Assembly (NCBI GenBank): GCA_963665615.2
Contig: CAXXQE010000008.1
Location: 682,001-746,000 of the forward strand
Direction of reading: 5' to 3'
Length of the DNA: 64,000 nt
Origin: Syntrophales bacterium
GTDB lineage: Bacteria > Desulfobacterota > Syntrophia > Syntrophales > UBA4778
The notes beneath the pieces are model-generated. The model was not told the DNA's origin. It worked only from the letters and a program-made list of their open reading frames with translations, and did no database searches. A program made the position numbers and the translations under genes. Within the stretch, counting starts at the first letter, position 1. Each line of letters begins with the position of its first letter. Of the stretch, positions 28,291-38,921 are shown piece after piece.

Positions 28291-31186
28291 GATGGACTGC
28301 GGCAGCAGAGCGGGCCGACTTTTGAGCGTCTAATTCGCGACGGATGGCCACCGCAATTTTTTTTGCGACGATCGGCTTCACCATGACGTCCCGTATGCCT
28401 ATTTTCCTGGCTTTTTCCAGAGTCAACAATTCGCTGAACCCCGTACAGACAATGACCGGGATATCGGGACGAATCTTTAGCAGTTCCGCTGTCAATTCAA
28501 GGCCGGTCAATTGGGGCATTGTTAGATCCGTAATGACCAGATCAAAAGAATCCGGCCTGGCGCGAAACAGCTTGAAAGCATCCATCCCATTCATGGCGAT
28601 GGTCACACGGTATCCAAGTCGATTCAGTGCCTCCCTGCCGAGTCGTGCAAGGGGGATTTCGTCGTCAACAAATAGGATATGTTCATTGCCGCTGATGCTA
28701 AGGCCGCCATCCTCGGCGTCCGTCGCGTCGTCTTCTTCCTTCAGCAGGGGGAAATAAACACGAAAGATTGTCCCCTCATCGGGACAGCTGTCCACCAGAA
28801 TCGCCCCTTTGTGACTCTTGACGATTCCGTGGACCACGGAGAGGCCCATACCGGTGCCCTCGCCGGGTTTCTTTGTCGTGAAAAAGGGATCGAAGATTCT
28901 CGTCATGGTCATGGCGTCCATACCGCTTCCAGTGTCCCGGACCGTCAGGACCAGGTGGGGTTCCTGTTCCATGATATGAAAGTCATGCGCCGCCCTCTCT
29001 GGGAGCAGGTCAATCTGAGCGAGTTCGATTGTCAGAAGCCCCCCCCTGTCTTTCATTGCCTGGGCGGCGTTGGTGCAGAGGTTCATCATGACCTGATGGA
29101 TCTGCGTCGGATCTCCAAGAATAGTATCCTCCCTTGTTTTGATGCTTACGTTGATATCGATAGTCGTCGGGATAGAAGCTCGCAACAGCTTTGCTGACTC
29201 CTTCACGATCGGTACCACCTTTAACGGCTTAAATTCCTGTTCCGTCTGACGGCTAAAGGCCAGAATCTGTTTAATAAGGTCCTTGGCTCGGTAGCTTGAT
29301 TGGAGGACCTGATCCAGGAAGTGATGAATCTGATTATTCTGATCGAGTTCAGACATTGCGATTTCCGTATAACCCATGATGGCAGCCAGGATGTTGTTAA
29401 AGTCATGTGCAATGCCGCCGGCCAGGGTTCCGATCGCCTCCATTTTTTGGGCCTGACGGAGTTGGTTTTCGAGTTTTCGCTTTTCCGTGATGTCCTTCAT
29501 GATCACGACCGTTCCGATCATTCGGCCTTCCGGATCGATATTTGGGGCGATATTGGTGCTGAAGTTTTTTTCACCTTCGTTTTTGCTGAGCACTTCGCCC
29601 TCGATATTATGAACGATTTTTTTGTTGCGCCATATTTTGGCATAGGCCCCCGCATAGAATTCAATTTTTTCTGGGGGAATAAACTCCCTGAATCTATGAC
29701 CGAGAACCTCCTCCTTGGGATGACCTAGAATTTCTTCCCAGAGTGTGTTCACATAGGTGATCGTTCCATCCTGCGTGAGGTGACAGATAATGTCAGGTGC
29801 ATTGTCGCTCAGAGACCGGAAGCGTTCCTCGCTGGCTTGCAGCTTTTGATAGGCGATCGAGTTATTGATGGTAATCGCTATCTGGTGAGCGATCCCTGAT
29901 AAAAGACTCAGATCGCTCTGCTTAATGTCGCGCCCGGTTTTCGGATTATCCAGAAATAGAATGCCGATGGATTCTTTTTCAACAATGATCGGCATGCAGA
30001 CGAATGCCTCCGTTTTAAACGTCTTAAACCATTCGAGGCTCTCAGCTGGCAACGCTCCTTCCAACTTGCCGACTGCGTTCATCAGCAGTGGCTTTTTAGT
30101 TCTGAAAGTCAGAACGGACGGTCTTCTGGAATCTGGATGATTAAGGTCAATGGCTACGTTGCAGAGGTTCTTCACGTGCTCCTCTGCGTAACCATAATTG
30201 GCCTTGTAAAGAAGCTGGGTCTTGTCCTTGTCCGCAAGCAGCAGCAAACCCCTTGAAAAATCGAGACGCCTTTGCAGGACGTTCATGATTTCCTGAAGCG
30301 GGTCGGCAAGATGTAAAATATTTGAGATCGCTTGACCGATTTCATTAATGAGAAGTGTCTCATTGTATCGCTGGTTTGTTTCATCCAAAAGCTCCCTGGC
30401 GATTTCTCCCTGGTTTGTCAACGCTGTGACCAGTTCTTTGCGCTGTTGAAGGTCCCTCAAATGATAGACTATAAAAATAATGATCCCAAACAAGCCAAAA
30501 CAAACAGACCAGTGAATGAGAGGCAGAAAGGGGAATAATCCGGCCAGCAAAGCGCCACCGGCGAAGACGGTAAGGTTGGATACTCTCTTCCAGTAGATCG
30601 AAGAGGCATTGTTCCAGGATATTTCATACTTGCAGCAATTGCCTCCTTTGTGAATACACTCCGGATGCGAAACTTGCGCAAACTTACCCGTGAATAATTT
30701 TGCCAACGATTCGAAAATTCCTAAGCGCGCATCACATTGAAAGGGTTTTTCGTTGATTCCTGGATTGAGTTTGACGATGGCGTTCAATCGAGCGTCATTG
30801 ACTTTATGAATGGTTATATTTGACGTTTTCGTGACTAATTTCGTTAAGTGTCCCAGTAAGGCATATACTTGCGTTGGGGTTAGGAGTCCGCAAACGTACG
30901 GCACGAGGTCGTTTGCGGCCTTCGAGTTCGTGAAATTGCGGCCGACCAATCTTGAGAGATTGGTTTCTCGCGTTTCTTCAATGGCCTTTTCATGAAATCG
31001 ATTGATTTGATTCTGGGTAAACCAGTGCCCGCCGTCATTGATCTGATAAAGTGATATGTCCGCGTGCTTCAGAATCAGGTCAATATCGGCAGCCGGATGG
31101 TTTTTTTTAATATACTCTACATAGCTCTTGGTAAGACGACTGCTATATAGAGGGGTATCGTCCTGATTCTCAATTGGCAATGACAT
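28259..31186 (-). CDS. Hybrid sensor kinase: V4R-like N-terminus, 2 TM, GAF, PAS, HisKA, HATPase, REC
   Basis: CDARLG...HPECIHKGGNCCKYEISW (V4R-like), two hydrophobic segments, GAF, PAS, GIAHDFNNIL, NLCTNA, DTGSGM, GTGMGL, VDDE...TDLTMP...KP. Confidence 0.88.
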   Translation of the reverse strand: MSLPIENQDDTPLYSSRLTKSYVEYIKKNHPAADIDLILKHADISLYQINDGGHWFTQNQINRFHEKAIEETRETNLSRLVGRNFTNSKAANDLVPYVCGLLTPTQVYALLGHLTKLVTKTSNITIHKVNDARLNAIVKLNPGINEKPFQCDARLGIFESLAKLFTGKFAQVSHPECIHKGGNCCKYEISWNNASSIYWKRVSNLTVFAGGALLAGLFPFLPLIHWSVCFGLFGIIIFIVYHLRDLQQRKELVTALTNQGEIARELLDETNQRYNETLLINEIGQAISNILHLADPLQEIMNVLQRRLDFSRGLLLLADKDKTQLLYKANYGYAEEHVKNLCNVAIDLNHPDSRRPSVLTFRTKKPLLMNAVGKLEGALPAESLEWFKTFKTEAFVCMPIIVEKESIGILFLDNPKTGRDIKQSDLSLLSGIAHQIAITINNSIAYQKLQASEERFRSLSDNAPDIICHLTQDGTITYVNTLWEEILGHPKEEVLGHRFREFIPPEKIEFYAGAYAKIWRNKKIVHNIEGEVLSKNEGEKNFSTNIAPNIDPEGRMIGTVVIMKDITEKRKLENQLRQAQKMEAIGTLAGGIAHDFNNILAAIMGYTEIAMSELDQNNQIHHFLDQVLQSSYRAKDLIKQILAFSRQTEQEFKPLKVVPIVKESAKLLRASIPTTIDINVSIKTREDTILGDPTQIHQVMMNLCTNAAQAMKDRGGLLTIELAQIDLLPERAAHDFHIMEQEPHLVLTVRDTGSGMDAMTMTRIFDPFFTTKKPGEGTGMGLSVVHGIVKSHKGAILVDSCPDEGTIFRVYFPLLKEEDDATDAEDGGLSISGNEHILFVDDEIPLARLGREALNRLGYRVTIAMNGMDAFKLFRARPDSFDLVITDLTMPQLTGLELTAELLKIRPDIPVIVCTGFSELLTLEKARKIGIRDVMVKPIVAKKIAVAIRRELDAQKSARSAAAVHRDIAHEDKRS

Positions 31187-33278
31187 CGGCGCCGAACCTC
31201 ATCCGGAAATTTTTCCTAAGATATTCAATAAACAGGTTCACGTAATCAGTTTTCAAGACCCACAACCGATATATTTTTTCATAATGGATGTTTGTTACGT
31301 CTGCGGATTCCAAGGGATAAATGAGCACGGATAGACTTTTTAAATAAATAAGAGAGGCAATGCTCCGAATGGAGGTCAACAGGACTTCGGCAGGGACATG
31401 GCTATCAAGAAGTATTACAGTGATTCCATTGAGCAATTCAGACAAGTTCAAGCCGATATCCGACCTGTTGACGATAAGGCAAGCCTTAAGTTCCGCCTCA
31501 TGCAGGAGTGAATAAACTTGCCAGGTTCTTTGAAACTGGATCCGAGAATAAATGTTTTTGAAAACCTCTTTTTCAGAATCGGACATGCTGAATTCTGTCG
31601 CATCGAGAAACATGCCGCCGGATTTCTTTTCGTAGAAATCGAAGACGGACTGAAAATCCAATTCGGAAGCTTCCTTCAGTTCCCAATCTTCTGGAAATTC
31701 CCTCATGCCGTCATCCGCATGAAAAGTAAAATAGGCAAATTCATCGAGCGAGCATACTTTTGCATCCTGCATGGATCTTGAGAATCCGCCAAAAACCCTT
31801 TCGGGATATTCATTGTCCGGCCGAAAGTAACACATCAGGTGATTGATTTTAGTGGATGGCAGTTTGTACATGCCATACATATAAAGGGTTATCTGTTTCA
31901 ATACTTCAAACCCCGGAATTTTCCCCTGCATCGATCGGCCGGCATGATGATGAATCAACCACGTTTTCGGATAAGCCCGAATCATCGCCATGTGACCGAG
32001 GATTTTTCCGAACTGTTTATAAATAAAATGCCTTTCGATTCCTGGATTCTCTCTGTAAATAATGTTGTATATTTTCGTAAATGCGTCCCGATTGGCTTCC
32101 AGATGTCCGTATTTATCCGGATATATAAAGCCCGTATCAAAAAAAAACTCCCATAGCCTGTCCATATTCTCCTGAGTCAAAACATAGGCATAGGGATCGT
32201 TCTGCATGCTCAAAATCTGATGGAGGCGACTGTAGTTTTCAATGTCCATGTCAACAAACGTAAGGCCAAAATAAAAACAATCTGCCCCTTTTTCCTGACG
32301 AACCACCTTCGCCTTTCCCTTGACCTCCGGGATGCCGGAAAAACGTATGGCAAATTCATTGATCACCATTCCCGGAATTAATCCGATCAGGTCCAGGGGT
32401 TCGGCAAGAAAAACGCCTGTGTTGGAAATATTGATTATTTCTCTTTCGTACTGCTCGCACACAAAAGGATGTGTGAAGGAAAACACGGGGAAAGGATTGA
32501 GTTTTATCCTCGGGCTTCGGATGGCGGCCTTGGTGTCAGCGGTCTGGACATCCTCTTCGATACGCCTGCAGATAAGCCCGCATTCCTCCAGCGCAGGAGA
32601 AATTCTCGACAAACGGCATTGTTCGGAATAAAGTGGATCGCTCCCTCCCCCGATTGTAAGTTGTATCTCCCGGTCTAATCTAAGATTGGAGAGAAAAATG
32701 TAATCCTCCGGGGCGACGGCTATACGAAAAGCCTCTGCATTGAAATCCAGCAATTTTCCGCATACGGCCATATGCCCCTGTTGTATCCCTGCATCCAGAG
32801 CGGCACAGGCATATCTGTTTAATCCTCGCTGCTCGAGGGGGATACTCTCATCCGGTATCTTGACGGTAAAAGATTCTCTGGAGATCCTTTTCTGGATCGT
32901 GGGGACTGCGATAATTGTATTATCTTTTTTTAGCAGTAAATGTCTGACGCTTGTTCGCTCAATATCAATATCCGGCTGAACCATCGACCACTGGCAGGTG
33001 ATGATTTCAGAAAGGGCCGGCGTCGGAAACGCTTCTGTGATGAAATCCGTCTCTTCGGCTGACATCTTGAGGTGGACGAGAATCTTTTCCCGCTTAAAAT
33101 GGGTAAAATTGATAAGATTTAAAATTTTTTCTTTGGATAGGGTTTTTTGAGGGAAATCAAGCTGGAGGGCTATTTCTTTATTGTTGAACAGTTTTGTCTT
33201 TCTGAGAGGGGCGGCAGTAAGGCTGGCGTTCGACGAACCGAGGACATAAGGTGCTGCTTGCTCGGAACTTAGATTCAT
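31170..33278 (-). CDS. Large PilZ-domain protein with a C-terminal GNAT-like region, function unknown
   Basis: QRGLNR (RxxxR) with DFNAEA, RSPR with NISNTG and GLTF (PilZ-like); the C-terminal HFIY..GKILGHMAMIRAYPKTWLIHHHA...YFRPDN pattern resembles an acyltransferase fold (inference). Confidence 0.65.
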   Translation of the reverse strand: MNLSSEQAAPYVLGSSNASLTAAPLRKTKLFNNKEIALQLDFPQKTLSKEKILNLINFTHFKREKILVHLKMSAEETDFITEAFPTPALSEIITCQWSMVQPDIDIERTSVRHLLLKKDNTIIAVPTIQKRISRESFTVKIPDESIPLEQRGLNRYACAALDAGIQQGHMAVCGKLLDFNAEAFRIAVAPEDYIFLSNLRLDREIQLTIGGGSDPLYSEQCRLSRISPALEECGLICRRIEEDVQTADTKAAIRSPRIKLNPFPVFSFTHPFVCEQYEREIINISNTGVFLAEPLDLIGLIPGMVINEFAIRFSGIPEVKGKAKVVRQEKGADCFYFGLTFVDMDIENYSRLHQILSMQNDPYAYVLTQENMDRLWEFFFDTGFIYPDKYGHLEANRDAFTKIYNIIYRENPGIERHFIYKQFGKILGHMAMIRAYPKTWLIHHHAGRSMQGKIPGFEVLKQITLYMYGMYKLPSTKINHLMCYFRPDNEYPERVFGGFSRSMQDAKVCSLDEFAYFTFHADDGMREFPEDWELKEASELDFQSVFDFYEKKSGGMFLDATEFSMSDSEKEVFKNIYSRIQFQRTWQVYSLLHEAELKACLIVNRSDIGLNLSELLNGITVILLDSHVPAEVLLTSIRSIASLIYLKSLSVLIYPLESADVTNIHYEKIYRLWVLKTDYVNLFIEYLRKNFRMRFGADVIAN

Positions 33279-33361
33279 TCTTTTTCCTCATCGTAAGAAA
33301 AATGAACCGCCGACTTTGAACCCCTGTCGCCCATTATGACCGCTTATGACCACGCGTTTTT

Positions 33362-33390
33362 GTAATAACAAAAGCTTTTGATGGTGTCAA
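33362..33390 (-). promoter_or_regulatory. Putative sigma70 promoter for the PilZ-kinase-enolase operon
   Basis: Minus strand TTGACA-17 bp-TATTAC with TG at the extended -10 position. Confidence 0.5.
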
Positions 33391-33439
33391 TATGTTCCCG
33401 TAGCCATATGGTCAAATATTTATTTGTCTAATTTTTCCC

Positions 33440-35326
33440 CTACATACCTCCTCCGTTCTGGTGGGCGGCTTTTTTCAGCGCCATGAGGAGGGCGCTGAGC
33501 GCCGCCGGCGTCATGCCCTCGATTCGGGAAGCCTGTCCGAGGGATTGAGGCTGCACATTGGAGAGTTTCTGCCTAAGCTCTTTGGAAAGTCCTGCCACCC
33601 CCTGATAATCGAAATCAACAGGGATCGATAGGCCTTCCATGCGCTTGAATTTGACGATTTCCGCATCCTGTCTCTTCAGATAGCCGTCATACTTGAGCTG
33701 GATCTCCACCTGCTCGCGCACTGCAACCGGAAGCTCCGACGATGTTCCCTCCATCGCCTCGATATCCGTATAATGCAGCTCCGGGCGTTTCAGGAGTTGC
33801 GCCAGGGGAAGCGTATCCTCTACCGGGGCAAGGTCTCGGGTCCGGAGTACCGGATTGGCACGTTCCGGCCTTACCCGAATCCCCTCCAGCCTTCCGATCT
33901 CCGAGGCGATCTGTCGCTGCTTTTCCTCCAAAGCATCCAGGCGCTCCCGGCTGTGCAGCCCAAGGTTATAACCCTTCCGGAGCAACCGCTGGTCAGCGTT
34001 GTCCTCTCGGAGAAGGAGCCGGTATTCCGCCCGTGAGGTAAACATCCGGTAAGGTTCACGCGTTCCCCGGGTAATCAGGTCGTCAACCATCACCCCGATA
34101 TAGGCTTCCGAGCGATCCAGAATAAAGGGAGGGCGTCTTTGCGCGGCCATGGCAGCGTTGATTCCGGCCAGGATTCCCTGTGCCGCAGCCTCTTCGTAAC
34201 CGGATGTCCCATTGACCTGACCCGCCAGATACAAACCCCGTATTCTCTTTGTCTCCAGCGTGGCCCGAAGCTGAGTGGGAAAAACGAAATCGTATTCGAT
34301 AGCGTAGGCGGGTCTCATGATCTCGGCTGTCTCCAGTCCCGGAATGGACCGCACAATCTCAATCTGGATTTCGTAAGGCAGGGAATTGCCCGTTCCGCTC
34401 GCGTAAATCTCCTCCGTCTCGAGGCCCTCCGGCTCCAGGATGATCTGATGCCGTTCCCGGTCGGCAAATTTAACGACCTTGTCCTCGAGGGACGGACAAT
34501 AGCGGGCGGACACGCCCTTGATTTGGCCGCTGTAGAGCGGGGAGTAATGGATGTTCTCACGGATGACGGCATGGGTCTTGGGCGTGGTATGCCCGATGTA
34601 GCAGGACACCTGTGGGAGCCGGATCTCTTGCGTGGTCAGGGAAAACGGTCGCGGATGGTCATCCCCCCGGTGCTCGACAAATTGCGAAAAATCGATCGTA
34701 GAACGGCGCAGTCGGGCAGGTGTTCCCGTTTTCATCCGCCCCACCTCCAGCCCCAGGGCTTTGAGATTGTCCGCCAGGCCGTCTGCAGCGAATTCCCCCG
34801 CTCGTCCCGACGGGATCTTCCGGGTACCGATGTGTACCAGTCCGTGCAGGAAGGTCCCCGCTGTCACGACAACAGTCGAGGCGCTGAATACCATCCCGAT
34901 GTGATCCCGGACACCCCGGACGTCGCCCCCTTCGACGACGATTTCCTCCACGAGTGTCTGTTTGAGATCGATCCGAGGCTCCTTCTCCAGGATGCCCTTC
35001 ATCAGGTTTCGGTAGAGGACCTTGTCATTCTGGGTGCGCGTGCTCTGAACGGCAGGTCCCTTGCGGGTGTTGAGCGTTCTGAACTGAATTCCCGTCATAT
35101 CGGCCAACCGGGCCATCTCCCCGCCCAGCGCATCGATTTCCTTGACCAGATGTCCCTTGCCCACGCCGCCGATCGAGGGCGAGCAGGGCATATGCGCAAC
35201 GGTATCGAGATAGAGCGAGAAGAGCAGCACGTTGCAACCCATCCGGGCGGCGGCCAGCGCGGCCTCGCAGCCTGCATGCCCTGCGCCGATGACGATGACG
35301 TCGTATTGTCTTGAATAAGTACCCAT
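33440..35326 (-). CDS. mnmG: tRNA uridine-5-carboxymethylaminomethyl(34) synthesis enzyme
   Basis: [58 protein letters not shown]. Start placed at MGTYS. Confidence 0.96.
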   Translation of the reverse strand: MGTYSRQYDVIVIGAGHAGCEAALAAARMGCNVLLFSLYLDTVAHMPCSPSIGGVGKGHLVKEIDALGGEMARLADMTGIQFRTLNTRKGPAVQSTRTQNDKVLYRNLMKGILEKEPRIDLKQTLVEEIVVEGGDVRGVRDHIGMVFSASTVVVTAGTFLHGLVHIGTRKIPSGRAGEFAADGLADNLKALGLEVGRMKTGTPARLRRSTIDFSQFVEHRGDDHPRPFSLTTQEIRLPQVSCYIGHTTPKTHAVIRENIHYSPLYSGQIKGVSARYCPSLEDKVVKFADRERHQIILEPEGLETEEIYASGTGNSLPYEIQIEIVRSIPGLETAEIMRPAYAIEYDFVFPTQLRATLETKRIRGLYLAGQVNGTSGYEEAAAQGILAGINAAMAAQRRPPFILDRSEAYIGVMVDDLITRGTREPYRMFTSRAEYRLLLREDNADQRLLRKGYNLGLHSRERLDALEEKQRQIASEIGRLEGIRVRPERANPVLRTRDLAPVEDTLPLAQLLKRPELHYTDIEAMEGTSSELPVAVREQVEIQLKYDGYLKRQDAEIVKFKRMEGLSIPVDFDYQGVAGLSKELRQKLSNVQPQSLGQASRIEGMTPAALSALLMALKKAAHQNGGGM

Positions 35327-35332
35327 TGGTTT

Positions 35333-35362
35333 AGTGAATAGCAAACAGTAAATAGTAAACAG
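35333..35362. repeat. Heptamer array just upstream of the mnmG start (pyrimidine-rich on the mRNA)
   Basis: AGTGAAT AGCAAAC AGTAAAT AGTAAAC. Confidence 0.75.
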
Positions 35363-35493
35363 GCATAACGGCACGTCCAGCGACCGAAATCCGGCAACGG
35401 ATAACGGTTCAAAAGCAGTTGACAATTCATGAGGGGAAAGGGAAACTTGATTCCCATCACATGAGGGGTGCCATTATATCCGGCAGGAAAATC

Positions 35494-36432
35494 ATGTCAA
35501 GACCACTCTATCGCGATCTCAATTCAGCCCTCCGGGAGCGTTTCGGCTGCCGCGTTCAGAAGATCAGCCTCGACGCCGGATTGACCTGTCCGAACCGTGA
35601 CGGCTCGGTCGGGGTAGGCGGCTGTATCTACTGCAACGCCCTCGGCTCCGGTACGGGGCGCGCCCTCTCCCAGAGCCTTACGGAACAAATCCGCCAAAGT
35701 AAGGCCGCACTCCAAAGGCGTTACAAGGCCGCAAAATTCATCGGCTACTTTCAGTCCTTCTCCAACACCTATGCATCCGTCGAAGAGCTGTCGGCGCTCT
35801 ATCGGGAGGCATTGGCTGACCCCGATATTGTGGGGCTTGCGATCGGGACCCGTCCTGACTGCCTCTCCAAAGAAGTCCTCGATCTGCTGTCGGCTTTGAA
35901 TCAAGAGACGTACCTCTCGCTGGAGCTCGGGCTGCAAAGCGTTCATGATTCAACGCTTCAGTCCATCAATCGCGGCCATTCTTTCGCGGCCTTCCAGATC
36001 GCCGTCGAGGGCGCGCGCAAGCGGAAAATCGATGTCTGCGTCCATGTCATTCTGGGTCTTCCCGGAGAGGGGAGATGCGAGATGCTGGAGACAGCCCGCG
36101 TCCTCGCGCAGATGGACATCCAGGCCATCAAGATCCACCTGCTATATGTTGTTCGCGGGACGAAACTCCATGCACTCTATGAGGAAGGGGGTTATCTCTG
36201 TTTGGATCGGGAAGCTTATGCGGATATCGTTGCGGAGTTCCTGGCGCTGTTGCCTCCGGAGATGATTATCCACCGTCTCACCGGTGATCCCCATCCCCAT
36301 GAACTCGTCGCCCCACTGTGGGCCTTGGAGAAACAGAAGAACCGAGAGGCAATTTATCAGGCGATGCACCAAAAAGATCTGTGGCAGGGAAAACGGTTTA
36401 AAGCATCTCTGCTTGACCCTACGGGGAAATGA
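35494..36432 (+). CDS. Radical SAM protein, YhcC/TIGR01212-like
   Basis: TCPNRDG...GGCIYC, YFQSFSNTY, GTRPDC, ELGLQS, IHRLTGD. Confidence 0.9.
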   Translation: MSRPLYRDLNSALRERFGCRVQKISLDAGLTCPNRDGSVGVGGCIYCNALGSGTGRALSQSLTEQIRQSKAALQRRYKAAKFIGYFQSFSNTYASVEELSALYREALADPDIVGLAIGTRPDCLSKEVLDLLSALNQETYLSLELGLQSVHDSTLQSINRGHSFAAFQIAVEGARKRKIDVCVHVILGLPGEGRCEMLETARVLAQMDIQAIKIHLLYVVRGTKLHALYEEGGYLCLDREAYADIVAEFLALLPPEMIIHRLTGDPHPHELVAPLWALEKQKNREAIYQAMHQKDLWQGKRFKASLLDPTGK

Positions 36433-36575
36433 AACGGCCGACAGGCACGGGGTATCGGGGATGGATCTCGCCGACAGGCGATATTGTTATTTTGACATTT
36501 CAAAAAAAAGTGGTACCGTACTTCAGCGTTCGTTCATCCGCCGCTGTACTTGATCATACGTAAAATGCGTGAGAG

Positions 36576-37148
36576 GTGAAACCTATGAAAGAGAAAGAGG
36601 TGGACTATTTCACGGCCCTGTACAATGTTGCCAGGGTCATCAACGCGTCGCTGGACACGTCGGAGGTGCTCTCCGAGATCGTTCACCGCGTGGCCGAATC
36701 CATGCAGGTCAAGGCCTGCTCCCTGCGTCTCCTGGACTCCAAGAAAAAATGTCTCCTGCTTGGCGCCTATTACGGGCTGTCGGACGCCTATCTGCGCAAA
36801 GGACCTGTCCTCATCAAGGAAAGCGGCCTGGATCAAACGGCCATCAGCGGCGAGTCGATCTGGATCAAGGATGCACAGACGGACGACCGTTTTCAATACA
36901 AGGATCGGGCCAAGGCCGAGGGAATTAAATCGGTCTATGTACAACCCCTGCGGGTCGGCAAGAAGGTCATCGGGGTTCTGCGGGTTTACTCCGACACGAT
37001 CAGGGAGTTCGATCAGAAGGAGACGGCTTTCCTTGAAGCGGTCACCCACTTGAGCGCCATCGCGCTCGACAACGCCCGGCTTCATCAGGCGCTCAAGACT
37101 GATTTCGATCTGCTTGCCGCCGCCAAGTACCGTCTGGATGACAATTGA
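36576..37148 (+). CDS. Stand-alone GAF-domain protein
   Basis: ACSLRLLD...YGLS...[16 protein letters not shown]...AIALDNARL; no output domain. Confidence 0.8.
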   Translation: MKPMKEKEVDYFTALYNVARVINASLDTSEVLSEIVHRVAESMQVKACSLRLLDSKKKCLLLGAYYGLSDAYLRKGPVLIKESGLDQTAISGESIWIKDAQTDDRFQYKDRAKAEGIKSVYVQPLRVGKKVIGVLRVYSDTIREFDQKETAFLEAVTHLSAIALDNARLHQALKTDFDLLAAAKYRLDDN

Positions 37149-37161
37149 AAAAGGAGGCCCT

Positions 37162-38184
37162 ATGATTCGCATCGGAATAAACGGTTTCGGTCGTATCGGG
37201 CGTCAGGTGCTGAAGGCGGTCATCGAAAAATACCCGGAACGCCTTCAGGTCGTCGCGATTAACGATCTCTTCGATACGGCAACCAACGCGCATCTCTTCA
37301 AATACGACACCAACTACGGCCGTTTCCACGGCAGTGTCGCCGTCGAGAACGACCGCTTCTTAATCGATGGAAAGCCGGTCAAGTGTTTTGCCTTTCGCGA
37401 TCCCGCTGCCATTCCGTGGGACGAGGAGGGGGTGGACATCGTTGTGGAGAGCACGGGCCTCTTTACGGAGGCTGGCAAATCGATGGCCCATCTTGAAGCG
37501 GGCGCCCGGAAGGTCATCATCACCGCGCCCGCCAAGAAAGAGGACATTACGATTGTGATGGGTGTTAACGAAAAGGCGTACGATTCCGAGAAACACCACA
37601 TCATCTCCAATGCCTCCTGTACAACGAACTGCCTGGCGCCGCCTGCCTATGTCGTTCACAAGGCCTTCGGCATCGAGCACGGCATGATGGTCACGATTCA
37701 CTCCTATACCAACGATCAGCGCATCCTCGACCTGCCCCACAAGGATCTGCGACGGGCCAGGGCCGCTGGGCAGAACATCATTCCCACCAGCACAGGGGCC
37801 GCCAAGGCCCTCGCCCTGGTCATTCCGGAACTGGCGGGACGCTTTGACGGATACTCCCTGCGCGTGCCGACCCCGACGGTATCGGTCGTGGATTTCACGG
37901 TGCAGCTCGAAAAGAAGGCGACGACTGAATGGTTGCGCAATGCGCTCATTTCGGCGGCAGACAGTGAACTCAAAGGCATCATGGCCTGCGAGCCGGAACG
38001 ACTGGTGTCCATGGACTTCAAGGGGGATCCGCATTCGTCCATCATCGATCTGGAGTTCACACAGGTCCTGCGCGACCGGATGGCCAAGGTTGTCGCCTGG
38101 TACGACAACGAATGGGGCTATTCCTGCCGGGTAGCCGATCTGGCGAACTTTATCGGACAGAGCCTTCCGCGAAGTGCGGGTTAA
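37162..38184 (+). CDS. gap: Type I glyceraldehyde-3-phosphate dehydrogenase
   Basis: [34 protein letters not shown] after AGGAGG. Confidence 0.96.
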   Translation: MIRIGINGFGRIGRQVLKAVIEKYPERLQVVAINDLFDTATNAHLFKYDTNYGRFHGSVAVENDRFLIDGKPVKCFAFRDPAAIPWDEEGVDIVVESTGLFTEAGKSMAHLEAGARKVIITAPAKKEDITIVMGVNEKAYDSEKHHIISNASCTTNCLAPPAYVVHKAFGIEHGMMVTIHSYTNDQRILDLPHKDLRRARAAGQNIIPTSTGAAKALALVIPELAGRFDGYSLRVPTPTVSVVDFTVQLEKKATTEWLRNALISAADSELKGIMACEPERLVSMDFKGDPHSSIIDLEFTQVLRDRMAKVVAWYDNEWGYSCRVADLANFIGQSLPRSAG

Positions 38185-38231
38185 TGAAAGTGGTTGACAG
38201 CTTGGAACAGAAATAAACAAGGAGATTTTTC

Positions 38232-38780
38232 ATGGCTGAAAGTTCCAGAGAACAGCGAAAACAGCGAGTCATCGAAGTGCTGAATCAGGCGCGAGGCATG
38301 GAATTGCGCGCCATCCATCAGTACATGAATCAACATTACAACCTCGACGACATGGACTATGGCGATCTGGCCCTCAAGTTGAAGCTCATTGCCATCGACG
38401 AGATGCGCCATGCAGAGCTCTTTGCAGAGCGCATCAAGGAACTCGGCGGGGAACCTACGGCGGAGCCGATCGAAAAGATCGTAAAAGGACAGGCCGTGGA
38501 GGCGGTCTTTCCCTATAACGCGGAACTGGAAGACACCACCATCGATATTTACAACCAGTTTCTGGCGGTCTGTCGAGACAGCGGCGACAGCATTACGATG
38601 AAGCTCTTCGAGACCATCGCGGATGAAGAGCAGAAGCACTTCAACTACTTCGACAACGTCAGCGATCACATCAAGAAGCTCGGTGATACGTATCTCGCCC
38701 AGATTGCGGGTACGCCGGCCGATTCCGGTCCGCCGTCCAAGGGATTTGTGACCGGCCCCGCCGGAGGCGGCGCAGCGTAA
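38232..38780 (+). CDS. bfr: Bacterioferritin
   Basis: EL.AIHQYM, IDEMRHAE, ELE, DEEQKH ferroxidase ligands. Confidence 0.88.
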   Translation: MAESSREQRKQRVIEVLNQARGMELRAIHQYMNQHYNLDDMDYGDLALKLKLIAIDEMRHAELFAERIKELGGEPTAEPIEKIVKGQAVEAVFPYNAELEDTTIDIYNQFLAVCRDSGDSITMKLFETIADEEQKHFNYFDNVSDHIKKLGDTYLAQIAGTPADSGPPSKGFVTGPAGGGAA

Positions 38781-38785
38781 CAACA

Positions 38786-38817
38786 AAAAGCCCTCTGCAA
38801 GAACGCAGAGGGCTTTT
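38786..38817. terminator. Bidirectional intrinsic terminator
   Basis: AAAAGCCCTCTGC-aagaac-GCAGAGGGCTTTT. Confidence 0.8.
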
Positions 38818-38919
38818 AAGTTCTGAGTTCAGGGTCCAGAGTTCAGAGTTGAAACGGTCGTCTGCTCAGTTCCTCTTGTCACCCGTCACATGTGACTTGT
38901 CACTGCGGCATCAGCCGCT
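38818..38919. repeat. AGAGTTC heptamer array plus a capped AGTGACA array (minus strand) after the M48 gene stop
   Basis: TGAGTTC AGGGTCC AGAGTTC AGAGTTG; minus strand AGCGGCTGATGCCGC AGTGACA AGTCACA TGTGACG GGTGACA. Confidence 0.8.
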
Positions 38920-38921
38920 AT

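Noticed and set aside
38700..38780. Bacterioferritin C-terminal tail as an encapsulin targeting peptide
   Set aside because: No LxIGSL/LTVGSL-like motif, no encapsulin nearby, and the GTP..SKGFV tail resembles that of other sulfate-reducer bacterioferritins.
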